NCBI GenBank assembly: GCA_037447605.1
Contig: CM074805.1
Coordinates: 682,001 to 746,000 of the forward strand
DNA: 64,000 nt
Reading direction: 5' to 3'
From: Zygnema circumcarinatum SAG 698-1b
Taxonomy: Eukaryota > Plantae > Zygnematophyceae
Below the pieces are notes generated by a model. The model made no database searches. It was not told the origin of the DNA and was given only the letters and a program-made list of their open reading frames with translations. Within the stretch, counting starts at the first letter, position 1; each line of letters opens with the position of its first letter. The position numbers and the translations under genes were made by a program. Positions 49,625 through 63,998 of the stretch are shown here, piece after piece.

Positions 49625-52081
49625 ATGGAGGCAGCTATGGCAAATGCTGTGGATGGCGAGGAAGGTGCGGGATACTGGGGAGGAGGGGAGGTGGGAGGGC
49701 AGTGGGAGGGTGGCTATGGAGAAAGGGCCATGGGTCCACAGGACGAGGGAGAGGCTTGGGGCTATGGACCTCCCGGAGGGAGAGGAGGCCCTCCCATGCC
49801 TATGGGAAGTAACATGAATGCTGGACCCCAAGGAGGGGGAGAGCCTCCCTTCAAGAGAATGAGAGGAGAAGGAGGAAATGGCCCCGGAAGGAGACATGGG
49901 GCCATGGATGAGCCTTCTGGTATGGGCATGATGGGTGGTCCGGCCATGGGACCTGGGACCATGGGACCTGGTCTTGGGCCAGGAATGGGATGGGAGGGGG
50001 GTCCGGGAGGCGAAGGGGGGAAGGGAGGAGGAGGTGGGCAGGGAGGGAAAGGCAGAGGAATGTTTTTCAGGACAAAGCTGTGCGCTCGTTGGAAAGCGGG
50101 AGTCTGCCCCTATCCAAGCAATTGCAATTACGCGCATTCTATGGAAGAATTGAGGCGGCCCCCTCCTGGCTGGGAGGAGTTTCCTAATGGATCGCGGGCT
50201 GCAGGGGAGGGGGGTGGAGGAACAGGAGGAGGAGGAGGAGGGGGAGGAGGAGGAGGCGGGGGAGGGGGAGCGGGAGGAGGAGCGGGGCCTTCAGCTGCTG
50301 GAGATGGTGGAGGAGGTGGAAGTGGTGGCGAGAATGGGGGAGGGTTTGGAGGGGTAAAAGAAGGTGAGGGTGTGGTTGAAGGTGGTGGAGGAAGCGGAAA
50401 TGGAGTTGAAGGTGCAAATCCTGATGACGAACGGGGAGGAATGTGGGAGGGGAGTCTTGAAGTAAGCCCCACTATTGGTCTTGGAGATGAGATGCCCTTG
50501 TTCATTGTAATTAGAAGTTATTGCTCCTCTATACTCTCTGTATGCAAATGTGTAAGCAGAATGGTTGAATATCACTAGAAACTTTCAAATGTGTTGGCTA
50601 GTCTGACGAGTACAATGTTTCAGTGGCTTCATTGCTTTTACAGGCAGTGCTCGCAAATAGCGGTTAGCTTAATCCACTCGCTTATTAATGATTAACCATT
50701 GAATGTGTAAAGCAGCATTTTCTGCTGAGTTCAGATCAGGGTTGATGTAAGACTCTTTCGTTCTCTCCTATGCTGAGTGGCCACAGGCACAAGGTGGCGC
50801 GGGGCCGAATGGTGATGTAAAGAAGAAATCAAAACTGTGTAAGAAGTTTTTCAGTGATGACGGAATATGCCCGTACGGAGAGAGATGTCTATTCTCACAT
50901 GATGAGGATGGAGGACCTCCTCCTGCAATGCGAGCAGGTGGCCAGGGCGGGTCGGCTGTTCCTGCTGTTGGACCTAACGGAAGGCCTCCTAACTGGCGAA
51001 CACGGATATGCATGAAGTGGGAGTCTATGGGAAATTGTCCGTTCGGAGAAAAATGTCACTTTGCACATGGTGTCCATGGTGAGGCTCCGTCCATTCCTAG
51101 CGCAGAACGACGATAGCCTGAAAGTACAATGGTTTGATGGTTTGGTTTGGTATTGTAACACAACTTTGCTTCTATTCTTCTGAGATTGTCTGCGCATTTC
51201 TGCGCTCCCTTTTATCAAGAGAGACCCTTATGCTTCAAAAAATAGTACGCGTTTCGCCCCAATTGTTCTCTCTTTAGATGAATGTAGAAGGATCGAGCTT
51301 GCTCGGCTTATGGTCATATTGCTCGTTTAGGCCCACTAGCCTGTAAATGTTTAAGAAGTCATAGTCAACAATAGGGGCCTCTCTTGATTTTCCTTTCTGT
51401 TTCCACTTGACAGAGTTACAGCGCTTTGGAGGAGGCCCACTTGACGGCCCTCTCCCCCCACCCCCAGGACCGTTCGACTCCGAATTTGGTCCAGGGCCTC
51501 GACCAGGTTCAGGTCCGCTTGGACAAGACCAAAATATTCTTTCTCCAGGAGCAATCCCAGGCTCAGGTAATGGATGGGGAGGAGGAGGACGGGGACTGCC
51601 TGGACAGACCCATGGAGGGCAGGGAGGAGGCGGACATGGAGGGGGAGCTATGGGCGGTTTAGGGCAGTCATTTAACCCAGCAGCTAGGGCTATGGGGAAG
51701 GGTGGAAATGCCAATCCGGGGGGTGTATTAGCAAACCAGGGAGGTCTTAAAACTGCTCCTTCACAGCAGTCTGGGAGTGGGGGCGGATCCGTTATATCGG
51801 CTACGAAAATTCCAGCGTATTGGCAGGGCCCAAGGAAAGGAGTTTCAACAATTTACGGAGACTGGATCGAGGAAGAGGAGTGGGAGGACGATGATGACGT
51901 GGAGGAGGAGAGAGAGGGCAGCGGAGTGGGAGGCTCGAAGAGTGGGCAGAGCGGCAGGGTGGACACTGGGGCTGCCCAGGGGGCGGAGGCGGAGTGCAGC
52001 GCGATGAGGAGGGGGGGGGCATATTCTAAAGGTGGCAATCTTGGCGTGTCAAGTCAGCAGGCGAAGCCTGTCAAGGCTTGA
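49625..52081 (+). CDS. Gly/Pro-rich protein with three CCCH zinc fingers
   Basis: FRTKLCARWKAGVCPYPSNCNYAH, KSKLCKKFFSDDGICPYGERCLFSH and WRTRICMKWESMGNCPFGEKCHFAHG, plus the C-terminal WQGPRKGVSTIYGDWI motif of plant C3H12/39/56-like proteins. The end of exon 1 is uncertain. Confidence 0.9.
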
Positions 52082-52676
52082 GATGCAAAATGTTGGATTG
52101 TTGCCCATGTTACACCCTTTCTGGCAAAAACGATGTCTGAGTTATAACATTATATAGCAAATGCAGATGCCCAACTTCACACTGATTTCAGAAGAATAAA
52201 AGAAAGGAAGAGGGAAGGGGGGCGATCGACAGCACCAGTTGCGAAACTTTTGTTGCAAACAACAAATTTGTTTCACAAATGGAACTACTCTTGACGACGA
52301 ACCAATCTCGAGATCAAAAAGCTTCTTGGCTTGTTCCTGTTGTTACCCCTTTCCTGCCTAAACACACCGAAGGAGTGTCGACATCCTTTTCCTCTGATCC
52401 GTGAAGAAAAAAAAGATGAAGAAAAAGGAGATGGAGAGGAGAGACGGCAAAAGACGCGAGGAAAAACGCTATGCCCATCATTACACGGCATGAAGTGTGC
52501 GGCCGCTCTCCCATGAGGGCGGTGCTTTCCCAGGTTACAATGCATCTATTCCACTTCAAAAAACAACTTCTGCATTGCGGGTTGACTCACAGCCTGCCTT
52601 CCCACTAACCAATTCTCCAAAAAACCCTTGCCTTGACCCCCACAGAGGCCCTACCGGACTTCTTCTCCTCCTTTTT

Positions 52677-55600
52677 TCAGTCCACTTGGTTAACACTCCC
52701 GGGCCCACTCGCCTCTATCCGGTGCACACTCTGAGGTATCCGAAGCTCCTCAAAATCGCCTACCACCACCTGCACACAGCTGCCACAAATGTCTTAACTT
52801 GACTGCCTGAACGAGCAAAAACGAGGTAAATGCGTAAGAGTAAGTGTGCCATCTGGTTCAGTAAGTCAAGCAGGGCGAGGGGCTCAAGGGGCCGGTACAA
52901 GACCTTGTGGGGTTGTCCTTTAAATGTGTACAAGACTCGAAGCATCTTCTCTTCTCCAGGACACGGATCGCAGAATCCCATCAGACCGCGCTTCCGAATG
53001 CCGTCATGGAGCTGCACTCTCCACCACCACAGGACACTATCAACGTCACAATGCAACTGTATGGTCTGGATGCATAGTTGAGAGCCGGCTTTCTCATTGA
53101 ATTTCGTACAATACAGAACTGGGGAACATGCCCTCCAACTTCAAGCTTTGAATCCAAGTGCACAATTCCAATGGTGAGGCCTTGAGTATTGTTTGATGGG
53201 GTTTTGCTCACCACCAAGAAAGCATCTCGTCCTCCGCTTTCATCCACAAAAAACTGCATCGGAATCCTCACGTCTAGGTAAGGTGGGGGGAGGTCTTCGG
53301 TTTCATCCTCCCCGGCTGCAGACCGCCCTTCCTGCCTAAGGTTGCCATAGGAAGCTGCCGTTATAATGAGCCCATTCTTCTCCTCCTGAGTGCGCCGCTT
53401 ACGCTCTGCAGGAGCTGAGAGAAGGTCCTGTGCTTGAGCTGCAGCCTCTCTTGCAGCTCCTACCTACGAACCGCCAAAACTTCCAGCATGTCTCAGTCTT
53501 TTACATTCTAGTAAATGGGTATCTTCCGTTTCTTCCCATTCCTTTCAGAGAGTAACGTTCGATCTCTTCCACGTTCAGCTCTCGCACTATTTGAGAGCTG
53601 TTTAAGTACGTGAAGTGCATTTGACGTAAGCAATAGTTACCTGCAATGCATTCTCTCTCCGCTGTTGAAGTTCTTTCCTTCGCCTCCTTCGCAATGCATA
53701 TGGCTTGAAGACCCACACCTGCCCCGCCCAGTAGCCAACTTATAATAGATTCTGAAAGACTTTGCAAACCAGCCTATTTTTTTATCCTCAACAGCAAGAT
53801 TTTTATTACTTTAGGTAATAAGGAAAAGTCTCCCAAAAGCTGAGAGACATCCCTCATTTTCGGATGCGTACTCAGCAATGCTTTTTATTGGCAATCCCAG
53901 TTTTGAAGGACTACTCTATACTCAAGAGCAGTGGGCTGAGCCCACTTCACCAATTTTTTAGGAGTCAACTGCAGTACACTCAGTGTCTGTTGGTCTTCAC
54001 CTTCAGAGCTGCATAGAGAGCTGAGGGAATGAATAGTGCTCCAATGGCTATGGTAGGCCTGAGAGATGGCCATAACAAAATCTGTTCCCAAAAAAACCAA
54101 CTCCAACCCGTATTTTTCAGACATATCGAAATTTGGATTCCTTCCACAAGACCACTAAAGAGGAAAGATAACTCGAACATTCCCATCAGAACATGCCCCT
54201 TCCTTTCACGACTTCTGTACTCTTTCCTTTTTCCCCCTTTCTACTCGCCTCCATCATGCAAGTGGTTCTCTCACCGGGAAAACAAACTTTTGGCCTCCAC
54301 GTGTATAACGAATTTTCCAAAGTATCCCCTGTTTCCACCCGGTCAAAGCAAGAGAAAGAATCAACACCTGCATGGAATCAACTCTCTCCCAGCAGCTCAT
54401 CTAAAAGCATCTTTTAGCATCTTTCTCTAAAGAGTTTGCATGATCGTGCATCCCAAAATAGGTCCGAAGACCCTCTATCTTCCCACGCAGCCATCATTAT
54501 AACTGAAGAAAGAAAGTGGAAATCTTAACCTGCAAGCCAACGGAGCAAAACCAGCCTGCACTACTGTGTTCGGATAGCCGTCTGCTGCCACCTATCTCCA
54601 AATCCACACCATTCCTGCATTCCATGCGATGTAACTGACAAAATTAGTGCACACGGAACAACACCGAGAACGTCTTCATCTTTGACCCAAAAATAGAACC
54701 TCTCCTCTCTCTCTTGCACCCTCTCCTGATGCAGCTATCTATCTCTCCTGCATGTTCTGAAGCAGGTGGAGGCCGGGGGCAAACGCCCTATAGACAGCCG
54801 TCTAAGGCCCTCTCCTCCTGCCTCCCCTTGTTGCCACCTGGCAGACGGCCGGGAGAGAGCAGACAGGCTCAGTCCTCACGGTCCGAGTCGAGCAGTGATG
54901 CGTCCTGAAGACTTTTCTGAGAATCGCCGAACGTATGACCCCGACATGCCCATCATCGTTTCTCCCAACTGCATTCAGACATTCATCAGCAGAGAAAAGC
55001 TCAAGTCTTTGTTTTCATGAAAAGGAAGACAGGAAGACGAAGAGGAGACCTGCTTCCCTATTGAAGGAGTTTTTGAATGCGATCATGCAGGGCATGCGAT
55101 ATTCCGATGCCCCGTGATGAGTTCAGATCATAGAAGGTATCATTCTGTGAGAAGGTTTCTTAAACAACGCAACTTGTTACGCTATGGTCCTTAGTGAGGA
55201 AGTTTGGAATTACATCAAACGAGCATAAAGATTGCCGCTCACCTTGATATCGCCGGAGAGGGATCCCTTCGCCAGTTGATGCTGCCAACCCAATCCTAAA
55301 CCTCCCTCTGCTCCAAGCCCGAATTGTATCTGCTTTCCAAAATCCAAAGTAGTGCAAAGAATCAGGAGGGCATTGCTGATGATAGTCCATATGACAGACA
55401 TCCCATTCGCTGACCTCTTGAACTTACGGGGCCAATAAAATATTGATAGGAGCTCCAAAGGCTACCTTATTAACCTGAGGTGGTTTGTGATGCACTTATC
55501 AATGAGACTGCGCAGCAGAGTGAACGATGTACGGACACTCACAGAGGCCAAAGTAGAGGGTGAAAGTTGTCGGCTCCAGTTGTTTGTAAGAGTCAACTCC

Positions 55601-57203
55601 CCATCCCGCAAATTGCATGCTACACCGAGAGTTGCATTTACATGCTTTGTCAACTGCCTGTCGAGAAGCTCACAACCAAAAAGCCAAAACCGACAACCCC
55701 AATTTTAAGCTGAAAAAATCTGACCTTATTTACCACCACTTCCTTTCCCTCCATTCAGAGCCGCTGCTGTCTTTTACAAAAGACAGCAGAAGTTGAAGCT
55801 TTCAAATGTCCTACAAGCAGGCTGAAAGAACTAACCGTGAAGTAGAAACGCTGACTAGGGATCGCAAGCCAGTCATAGCCAGGACTTCAAAAGAGGCTTC
55901 AGGGGAGAGGGTACGCTTCCAGACAGCATGCATTGTGCCTCCACCCACTCCCCGGCGAGCCATCATGTTGGCACCCAATAACAACATATCCTTCTCTGAA
56001 AGCCCTGCTTGCACTTGCGAGCCCATCTGCATGCTGCAGGGTTTGTCCCCACCAATCAAAGAAATCCCATCCAACCGCAATAATGATTGTTTGTTGTAAT
56101 CTGCTAGATTTGAAAAAAATCAGATGGGTTCCTAGTCGAGACAGTTGCTTCTGACAACGGCGACTAAAAGGAGACAGTTCCCAGTTCTTTAAATTCATTT
56201 TATATGTGAGAGCAAAATAGCCCTTTCATTTTAGCTCAACCATTTTCTTCTGAAACCTTACGCAATTTGATTGAAAATACGACGAGCCAGTTTCATCCCT
56301 AAGGCCTTTTTCAGGAGCAGAAAGGTAGCTGAACGTACTTCCTCCGCTCTGAAACTGACTACGGGCTCAAAATAAAATCACTGCCTCTAAACCTGAATTC
56401 CACTTCCAGCTTACGCCCGCACTTCACCATCTAAACTCTTAAGCCTTGCACCGCCTTCCATGCAGGTGGGCGGAAACGTACCTTGGAAGCTCCGGCAACT
56501 TATTGAAGGTTTTGAGAGTCTCTGCGAGAGTAATGCTCATAAGCACAGAACCAGATTGATGAGTATGTGCAGTGCGTGTCAGCTCCTGCCGCCTTATCTG
56601 CTGCCTCTCAAACTCTTCCCTTATCTCTTCCCGCGTCTTCAGCCGGGGCCCGAGCTCCAGCCCCGAGCTCAGCCCCTCTTGGCCATACAGGTCATACACT
56701 TGCCGCTGCGCCGGGTCGCTGAGGACATCGAAAGCCTTCTTTATTCGCTGGAAATTCTCCGATGCAACAGCTTGCATCTGGTCCCTCCAGACACACAAGT
56801 AGCCTCCATGGACTAGAGAGGCATCAGCTACCCTTCTCAGATTGCATAGGGCTGAGGCAGCTGCAAGCCGCAGCTCAATGCTGAAAGCTGACTGCCTACA
56901 AAAAGCTTGAGACGAACACGCAAACCGCCCCCCTAGAAAGCAGCTGTCGCCATTTTGCATCCTATTTATCCTCACATACAGGCTTCCTGCTCCATGCATC
57001 TAAAGCGTGCGCAGAACACTGAGCCTAAAGTATGCGAAGCTGCTTAGAGCACTATGGCACCGTACCTGTGGAGAGGTGTACTTGTCTGGATGATACACTG
57101 ACGCCAGCTGGCGATAAGCGCGCTTAACGTCATCATCAGAGGCATCCCTCGACACGTGAAGCAGCGCGTAGAGCTCATTTTCAGGCCGGTCTCGGCCAGC
57201 CAT
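52677..57203 (-). CDS. DNAJC11: J-domain chaperone, DNAJC11 / OWL1 (ATJ13) orthologue
   Basis: J domain (ELYALLHVS...RAYRQLASVYHPDKY; FQRIKKAFDVLSDPAQRQVYDLYG), beta-rich middle exons, DVTIPMQFFV, KRGLMGFCDPCPGEEKMLRVLYTFKGQPH and VVVGDFEELRIP. Confidence 0.92.
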
Positions 57204-58672
57204 GGCGGAACTTCAAAATATAAATGTTGGAAGCTGAACTATTTCTTCAAGCTCTTCTCTCTCTCACCTTCACCCTGCCCTCTCTCACCTCCTCCCCCCT
57301 CCTCCCTTTCTCTCCCTCTCCTCCTCCTCCTCCTTCTGCCACCGCTTCAATGCTTGCAGCGGCGCCTCAAGCCTCAAGCCTCAAGCACGTCTCCCTCGCA
57401 GCATTTCTCCCTCCCTCGACCTCTCTCGTCTCCCTCTATGGCTCGGACCTGACCCTTCAAAAAAAGTCGAGGGGTTGCGCCGGTTTGCAACTTGGCACTG
57501 GAAGTTTGGCACTTGCAGAGTCGGTTTATGACGTCACCCAGTTGCGAACTAGCGTCATATAGCTGGATTTGTGACATCATCAACAAAGAATGCCTTCTGC
57601 GACTTCCGTTTTGTTGCGTTATCTGAACAGAAAATGTCGTAAAAGAGTGGCATCAAACCGCCTAGATGACGTCATGACCGGAACGTCAGCTGTACGAAAT
57701 AGATTGTCGTACGGAATCAGGTCACAGTTCCTCCGATTTTGAACCTTTGATCGGTTTGAGGCCAAAAACTTGGCCACTGTCTGTGCGCTCTGAGCGAGAG
57801 CGAGGGCGACCGGGGGTGAGCGCTTCTTCAACCTCCCTATTGTGAAATTTTGATGCTATAAATAACAAATATTATGAGCATTTGTGATCAAACATTCTCT
57901 CCTCTCTCCCCTCATGCTGCCTCCTGCCTTGGGCTTCAAACGCGGGCACGCTTGTGGCAGTTAAAGGGCTGGTCGAGAGGGATTAGGTTTAGGATTGTAG
58001 GGTATAAAGTTTCCGCGAGGCTGGAATGAAGAACAGTGGAGTGCCGCAGAAGTTTTTTTTGACGCGGATGCGGAATTTTGGAATTAAGAGCCTTTCAGGA
58101 ATGCGCAGATGCGTGTTTTTTGTTGGTTGTGCAGTTGTCAATTGGGTGGTTGCACGTTTTTAGGGTTTCAGGCTGAGCTTATCCTGCCTCTCTGAATGAT
58201 ATACTCATTAATGACTGCTGCAGTCCGATTTATTCCTTCTTTCTTTCCTCGTTTCGTACATAACGAGTGTTTTTTGGTCGTTTCTTTTGCGCCCATATAT
58301 GTACTTATGTCGTTAGATGAAGTTTACTGCGATCAGAGGTTATTTTTCTATGGATTATGTGCACCTAGCACTCCTCTCTCTCTTTTGAGGGGTGGTGTTG
58401 GGGAGATGGAGTTAAGGAAAAGGTGGACTTGACTGGGCGTTGTTCATCTTACATATTTTTTTGTATTGCTTGAACACTTGGGTATGCTTTTATGTTTTTG
58501 TGACAGCTCCATCGTTCTCTCACACTCTTTCCTTACTATATTGATGTGCAAGAGAATGCTTGAATACATTGAGAATATATTTTCCAGGGTCTCTTGGGTT
58601 GAGCAATTTTCATGCTTTTGTGACTGAATTGAAACGGATTAGAATTATTTTTTTTTCAATCGCAGGGCAGCC

Positions 58673-59156
58673 ATGGCCTCAAAGCAAGAGCCTGTGAAAG
58701 AAGGAGCCGTTGATCCCAAGGTTGACGTGTTTGAAGACGACGACGAGTTTGAGGAGTTTGAGAACCAAGGTGAGGTTCTTCATAAAAGCTTGTTGTTTAT
58801 TTTCTTACTGTTTAACACACTCTTTCTCTTTCTCTATCGTTGTAGTATGTTCTGGACTTTTTTGCGGGATTGTTGAATTATTCAGCAAGCCCTTTAAGCA
58901 GAAAATTAGGTTTGCGGTTTAGCGCTATGCTTTAGAGTTCTTACGCAATAGAGGGTGTCAAGATACCGAGGCTTTGTCTCTTTTTCCTTCTAACTGAGAA
59001 CTTGAGTTTCTTCGTTTGCCTGGCTCAGACTGGGACGACAAAGAGGAAGGGAAAGAGGACGTACCTCAGTGGGAGGATGATTGGGACGATGATGATGTGA
59101 ATGACGACTTTTCCCAGCAGTTGCGAGCAGAGTTGGAAAGAGCCGAAAAAACATGA
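58673..59156 (+). CDS. DSS1: 26S proteasome subunit SEM1/DSS1, 2 exons (58673-58769, 59029-59156)
   Basis: [33 protein letters not shown]. Confidence 0.97.
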
Positions 59157-59915
59157 TTTTTTTTGACAATCTGAGACAAATAAAAGTATGCTCCAGATTT
59201 TAACAAGGTTGCACTTCTATGGTTGTATGGTGTGTCAGTCGGCTGCTTTGCCTGTAACTTTCTGTTACAAATGTTAGCATATAGCATGCCTTAGTTCAAA
59301 GCGTATTAAAAGGGCTTGTTGTTTCATGTACTGTTATTACTGCAAAGGCCATTTTTTCGTTTCTCTCACAGTCTCGCTCGGCACATATCATGTATCTGAC
59401 GATGTTGTGGTGTGCATTGGCGAGAATCTTTTTTAGTCAGCATAGGGCCCAGTCATTTGTGAGCTCCTAAACCAGCTTCTGTACTCACCTTCGGATGTTG
59501 TCAGGCCTCACAGAAGTAAAGTCCCCAGCGCATAACCTGCTCCTGCCAAGGCTCTGCAGCCTAAGCAGGGGAGCGATACAAGGAAAAGGAGCACACTCAC
59601 ACGGGTTCGCCTGTAGTCCCACAATCGTTTATAGCTAGATTCCACATCTGCAAGCTACATATCCTGCTTCGACCCAAAGGCGGAATGGGAGGAGATGATA
59701 GAATTGGAATGCTCATGGGAGCCCCTTAGCCCTAGCAATAGAAACAAAATAGTCTCATCTTGTTTTCGTTTCCGTAGAAACTTTGAAAAGCAAAATCCCG
59801 GCACAAATTGCTACAGGGCATAAGATATAGTCGAGGTTCCAACCACAAATTGAATGAATAAAATTAAATGGGGACTGGAAACAGGAAATGAGTGATCTGC
59901 TTCCTAATATTGCCT

Positions 59916-62783
59916 CTAGGGCTCCTGCCACCCTTGAGGCACTATATGCTGCAGCTTCAGAGCACTGACTTTATTCAACACAGCGTCCATTGCTATCTGA
60001 AATGCGTCCTTATATTCCCGGAGAGTGTTGCCGGGCATGGCATACACAATGGAGGGAATTACTTTAATCAACCTTTCACGCATTCGCAGAATTTGCTGTT
60101 TTGAAAATGTTTTCAACACAGGAAGAACTGCCACTCCATCGTCCTTTATAACTGCTGACATGGGCATGTACACTATCAAATCCTCCTGCATGGGAGGCAG
60201 ATGCCACTTGTACCTGCATACAACAAGGCCCCAATGCCAGCACAAACAGAGTAATGATCAACCAGAATGGCATGTTTGTGCAGGATGCAGACAACTGCAA
60301 AATTAGACAACACGCGATGCTCATAGTCATGTTTCTGTGAGTAAGTACACAAACTGCAGTGTAAAGATACAGTCAGAGTCTGTTCCCAACACTCACGTGA
60401 TTGTCGTGTGCTCATGGAAGACGACCGGAATGCATCCAGCCAAGATGCTATCAAAAAAGCCCTTTCGAGTTGGAGTATCGCCTGGGGGTTGGAAGCAAAA
60501 TGAGCCACCCAAATAAAACCACATAACGCTCTGTGGTTTCATTATGCAAGTGCGGTTCCGGCAATCGTAGAAGCTGCAAACTTCGGGTGCCTGTACGCAC
60601 AGCCGCCATAGCCTATTCCGAATGGTGGCGCCCATGCCACGCCCTTTTCCTGCAAAAGCAGTAAGGTATTGCCTCGGATAGTTTCTGACAAAGTGCTGCC
60701 ACGCTTTGATGTCCTCGTCAGTGGACGGATGAAAGGACGTTGGATAGGGAATGGAATGCACATTCACAATTTTTGGGCGCGGAGGATGAGACTCGATACC
60801 GAGGAAAGTTGCATTGAGCATATGCGACATCCTGTAAAAGCAGCAGGTTCCAAAGAGGCAAAATGTGAGGCTTGCATAAAAGGCTGTCAATTTTGAACTC
60901 AGAAACCATAAGTAAAAAAAAGAACTATGACAATGTCAGTTCAAGATACTAGTTCCACGAAGTTGAAAATAGCTCTGCAGAATTTCCTGCAATCGCTGCT
61001 TATCTTCTCCACAGAGTGAGCTGAATTTAAATCTATGGCTAGTTAAAATGTTAGCGGGCTTATGACCACGACAACCTAAAATTGGCATATCTTGAGTCGC
61101 CACATTTTGAGTGAAAAAATGAAAAAATTGCCATTTACATGCAGACAACCAAGTTGATTTTCAAATAGTTTTTACTCCCAACATAGTGCTTCTATATAGA
61201 CATTTCGTAAACTAGCACCCTTGAATGGTTAGTTCACCACCAAATGTGTCATTTCGGAAGTACACTTAAGACTAAATTATACTCTCACTCGTCACACAGA
61301 ACCAAGGCTTGTAAATTCATAGGACGGTCATTGAAAGTGAGTGCGATTTTCTCATTTCCTTCAGCTTTCCCCCTTGAATCCCCCACTCAACCTACTCCAT
61401 AACTTCACTAGTGAGTACTTCCACTAAACAAAACAAACCACTCTTACGATGTTCTCATTGCGTAAACCATAAATCGAATGCTTAAGGACAATGTGTGCTT
61501 TCGTCGTTGACGTGACAAGATGACTGTACATTTCAGCGTAAAGTGGTTTGGCAATGTATGTTTGCTGTGCCCAAGCAAGTTGTCAAAAGGTAAAGTTCGG
61601 ATCGATCAAAAACTCAAAATCAAGCTTCATAGGTTGGAAGAGATGTGACGTACCCCAACAAGCCATTGCCCCAATCGTTGCGAACAACACCCCGTGTGAA
61701 GTCGATGAGGACTCGAGTGATCACAAAGAGGTGATCTTGCCCTTGATGTCGATCCCACCAGGGGAACTTTTGAAGCCATACTATGATCTCTTTGGCATGG
61801 CGATCCTTCTCATCATCTTTCTCGTACAAGCTTCGGAAAATAGCCAACCCCGGATAGAATGGGACATAAAACACAACTGCTTCTAGAGGGTCGTTTGTGA
61901 GGCATGGATACTCCTTCATTCTCGAATGAAAAGTGATCTCCAGTGAAAACTGGTCAGTTTCATACCAAGCAGTTGCCGGGACAAGAAGGGGAGGCATTGT
62001 GCCGTTTGCTAAGGACCGGTTGGCAGGCCATCCAGCGCCTGAATGGCTAAATGCTTCACACATGTCCACCGACCTATGGATATTGGAACAGTTATCAACA
62101 AAGTCTTGATTAAACCGTGAGGGCACATCATACATGTAGACATACTTCCCTGCACACTCTGCCGAGGGAAGGGGCAGGGTGATAGGCTCAATAACGGCGG
62201 CACCCACGTTGTAATCCTCTTCATTCTCAGCTTCAAGTGGTTCAGTCTGTGGAACAGGCAATTCCGCACTCGCATTCAGCGATGCCTCCCATTGTTGCAT
62301 AACCAAATCTGCTTCAAATCCCTGTCTTTCTCCTTCTGTTCCTCCTTTTTCGCCTCCCCTTTTTCCTCCTGCCCCCCCTACTCCTTCAGTGTAAGCTTTT
62401 CCACCTTGTTTTCTCATTCTTTTGCCTTCTTCACCCATCATCTCCGCGATTACTGCGCCCTGCAATACCTGCACTGTTCTTCGCTCCTTTCGTTCAACAA
62501 TCGCCCCCGAAGCCATAAGTTCCTCCAGCAAATTAGACCTTCCATCCGTAAGTCTCGGAGTATCAGTTTTCAGTTGAATGCTGAAGCCACTGGTTATCTC
62601 ATTGCTTGCTCCATAACGGAACTGGAAGTAACTCGGCGCTGACAACCACGACTGTACGCCGAAAAGTAAAGCCACAACACAGAGGAGGAAGACGGGCAAT
62701 ACCCGACATCGCCGACCAGTTGCTCTCCGTTTTCCAAGCGCCAGATCCAGCATAAACTTTCGCACCCGCATCATTGCTTCCAA
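59916..62783 (-). CDS. Exostosin-family GT47 glycosyltransferase, xyloglucan galactosyltransferase (MUR3/KAM1/XLT2)-like clade
   Basis: Signal anchor; CAGKYVYMYDVPSRFN; WYETDQFSLEITFHSRMKEYPCLT; FYVPFYPGL; GQDHL; IPYPTSFHP; FCFQPPGDTPTRKGFFDSILAGCIPVVF; MRERLIKVIPSIVYA. Confidence 0.92.
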
Positions 62784-63800
62784 AACTAAGCCATCTCATT
62801 TCCCTGCATATCCCTCGCAGCAAAAACTCTCTGCTTGATCGTTCCGAACCCTTCCTCTCATCAATACTTGCAGAATCCAGCTCCTTGTCTGCAAACTGTC
62901 ACTCGCATTGGCAACCACCACTGCCCAGCGCGCCGGAGAGAGGAGATACAGTAGCTGCTCTGCCCTCCTTGCAACTCACCACAAAAGGGAGGAGCTTCAT
63001 TTTGACGTGTCAGTAGAAGCCTGGCCTTGAAAAAATTCCAAGGCCCAGGAAAAACCCATTGCCACTTCTATGTCCATGCTGTTTGAGTTCTGGTTTTTTT
63101 AGTCGGTGAGAACTGTTCACAAAACGGGCAGGTCGGAACTGCTCGGAAACACTCCTAACTGCATGTAAATGCTGCCCGATGGAAAAAAAAGGACGTTAGA
63201 ATCTTCAACCTTCAGTAAATTTTTCAAATATCGGAATATGACGGAAAAAATCGGGATTTGCAACGATATTAACGATACGTACGGATAATTCAAAATCCAA
63301 TTCGTGCAACGGCTAGAAAGGACACCCGAGCCACAACTTTGACTTCCCGCCGGCCCCGCCGCATGCCGGCATGCGCGTGTCAGGAACAAGGGTTGTTCAA
63401 CATTGCAACCAGCAACATGCGAACTCGAGACTCGCATGTCGTAAACATGGGATTCCTCCTCGCTTGTTTGTGGTATTCAATTCTTTTCAGTTTCACAAGG
63501 TTGCCACTTGTTGAAAACAAACGTGCAGTCAATTGCAGAGATCTACACGTTCTACACGTTCATGACATGAGGTACGCCATACATCACGCTAAAGCAAAAT
63601 TTCCTCACAGATTCAAACTTATTTTATTTCTGCTAGCCTTCTGTTTCTAGTTACAGCACAGTCATGCGAATGGGTGGTCGAGGAGCAGAGTACGCTGCTT
63701 GCTTTGTTTAAGAGCAGGAATCGAGAGAATGCCATTGGTTTTCAGCAAAGCACAGTTTCAGACGAAGCTCTGTGGAAGGAATGCTACACTGTCCTAAACT

Positions 63801-63998
63801 TTAGCTGCGCAGCTTTCTAATAACTCGCATACGCGTCTCAAGTGACCGGCCGTTGTTCCCCTCTGCATTGGAGACATTGCTCTCGGAGCCAATTTGCAGC
63901 TTCAAACTCTTTCGTAAAGAGCTGAGCGGGCTCAGACAACCCAACAGGGACATTCTCTTGGGCCTATGCATTGTTGAGGCATGGGTTCCCTTGGGTTG
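63801..63998 (-). CDS. Possible 3' end of an unidentified gene entering from the window edge (...RPKRMSLLGCLSPLSSLRKSLKLQIG...RMRVIRKLRS*)
   Basis: Stop-free frame from the edge to TAA at 63801-63803. No family recognised. Confidence 0.35.
   Translation of the reverse strand, partial: QPKGTHASTMHRPKRMSLLGCLSPLSSLRKSLKLQIGSESNVSNAEGNNGRSLETRMRVIRKLRS

Noticed and set aside
49385-50575. Long minus-strand Pro/Ser-rich ORFs
   Set aside because: Antisense shadows of the Gly-rich CCCH exon.
57224-57562. Transit-peptide-like plus-strand ORF (MLAAAPQASSLK...)
   Set aside because: Overlaps the purine-rich 5' region of DNAJC11, ends in a stop, and has no following exons.
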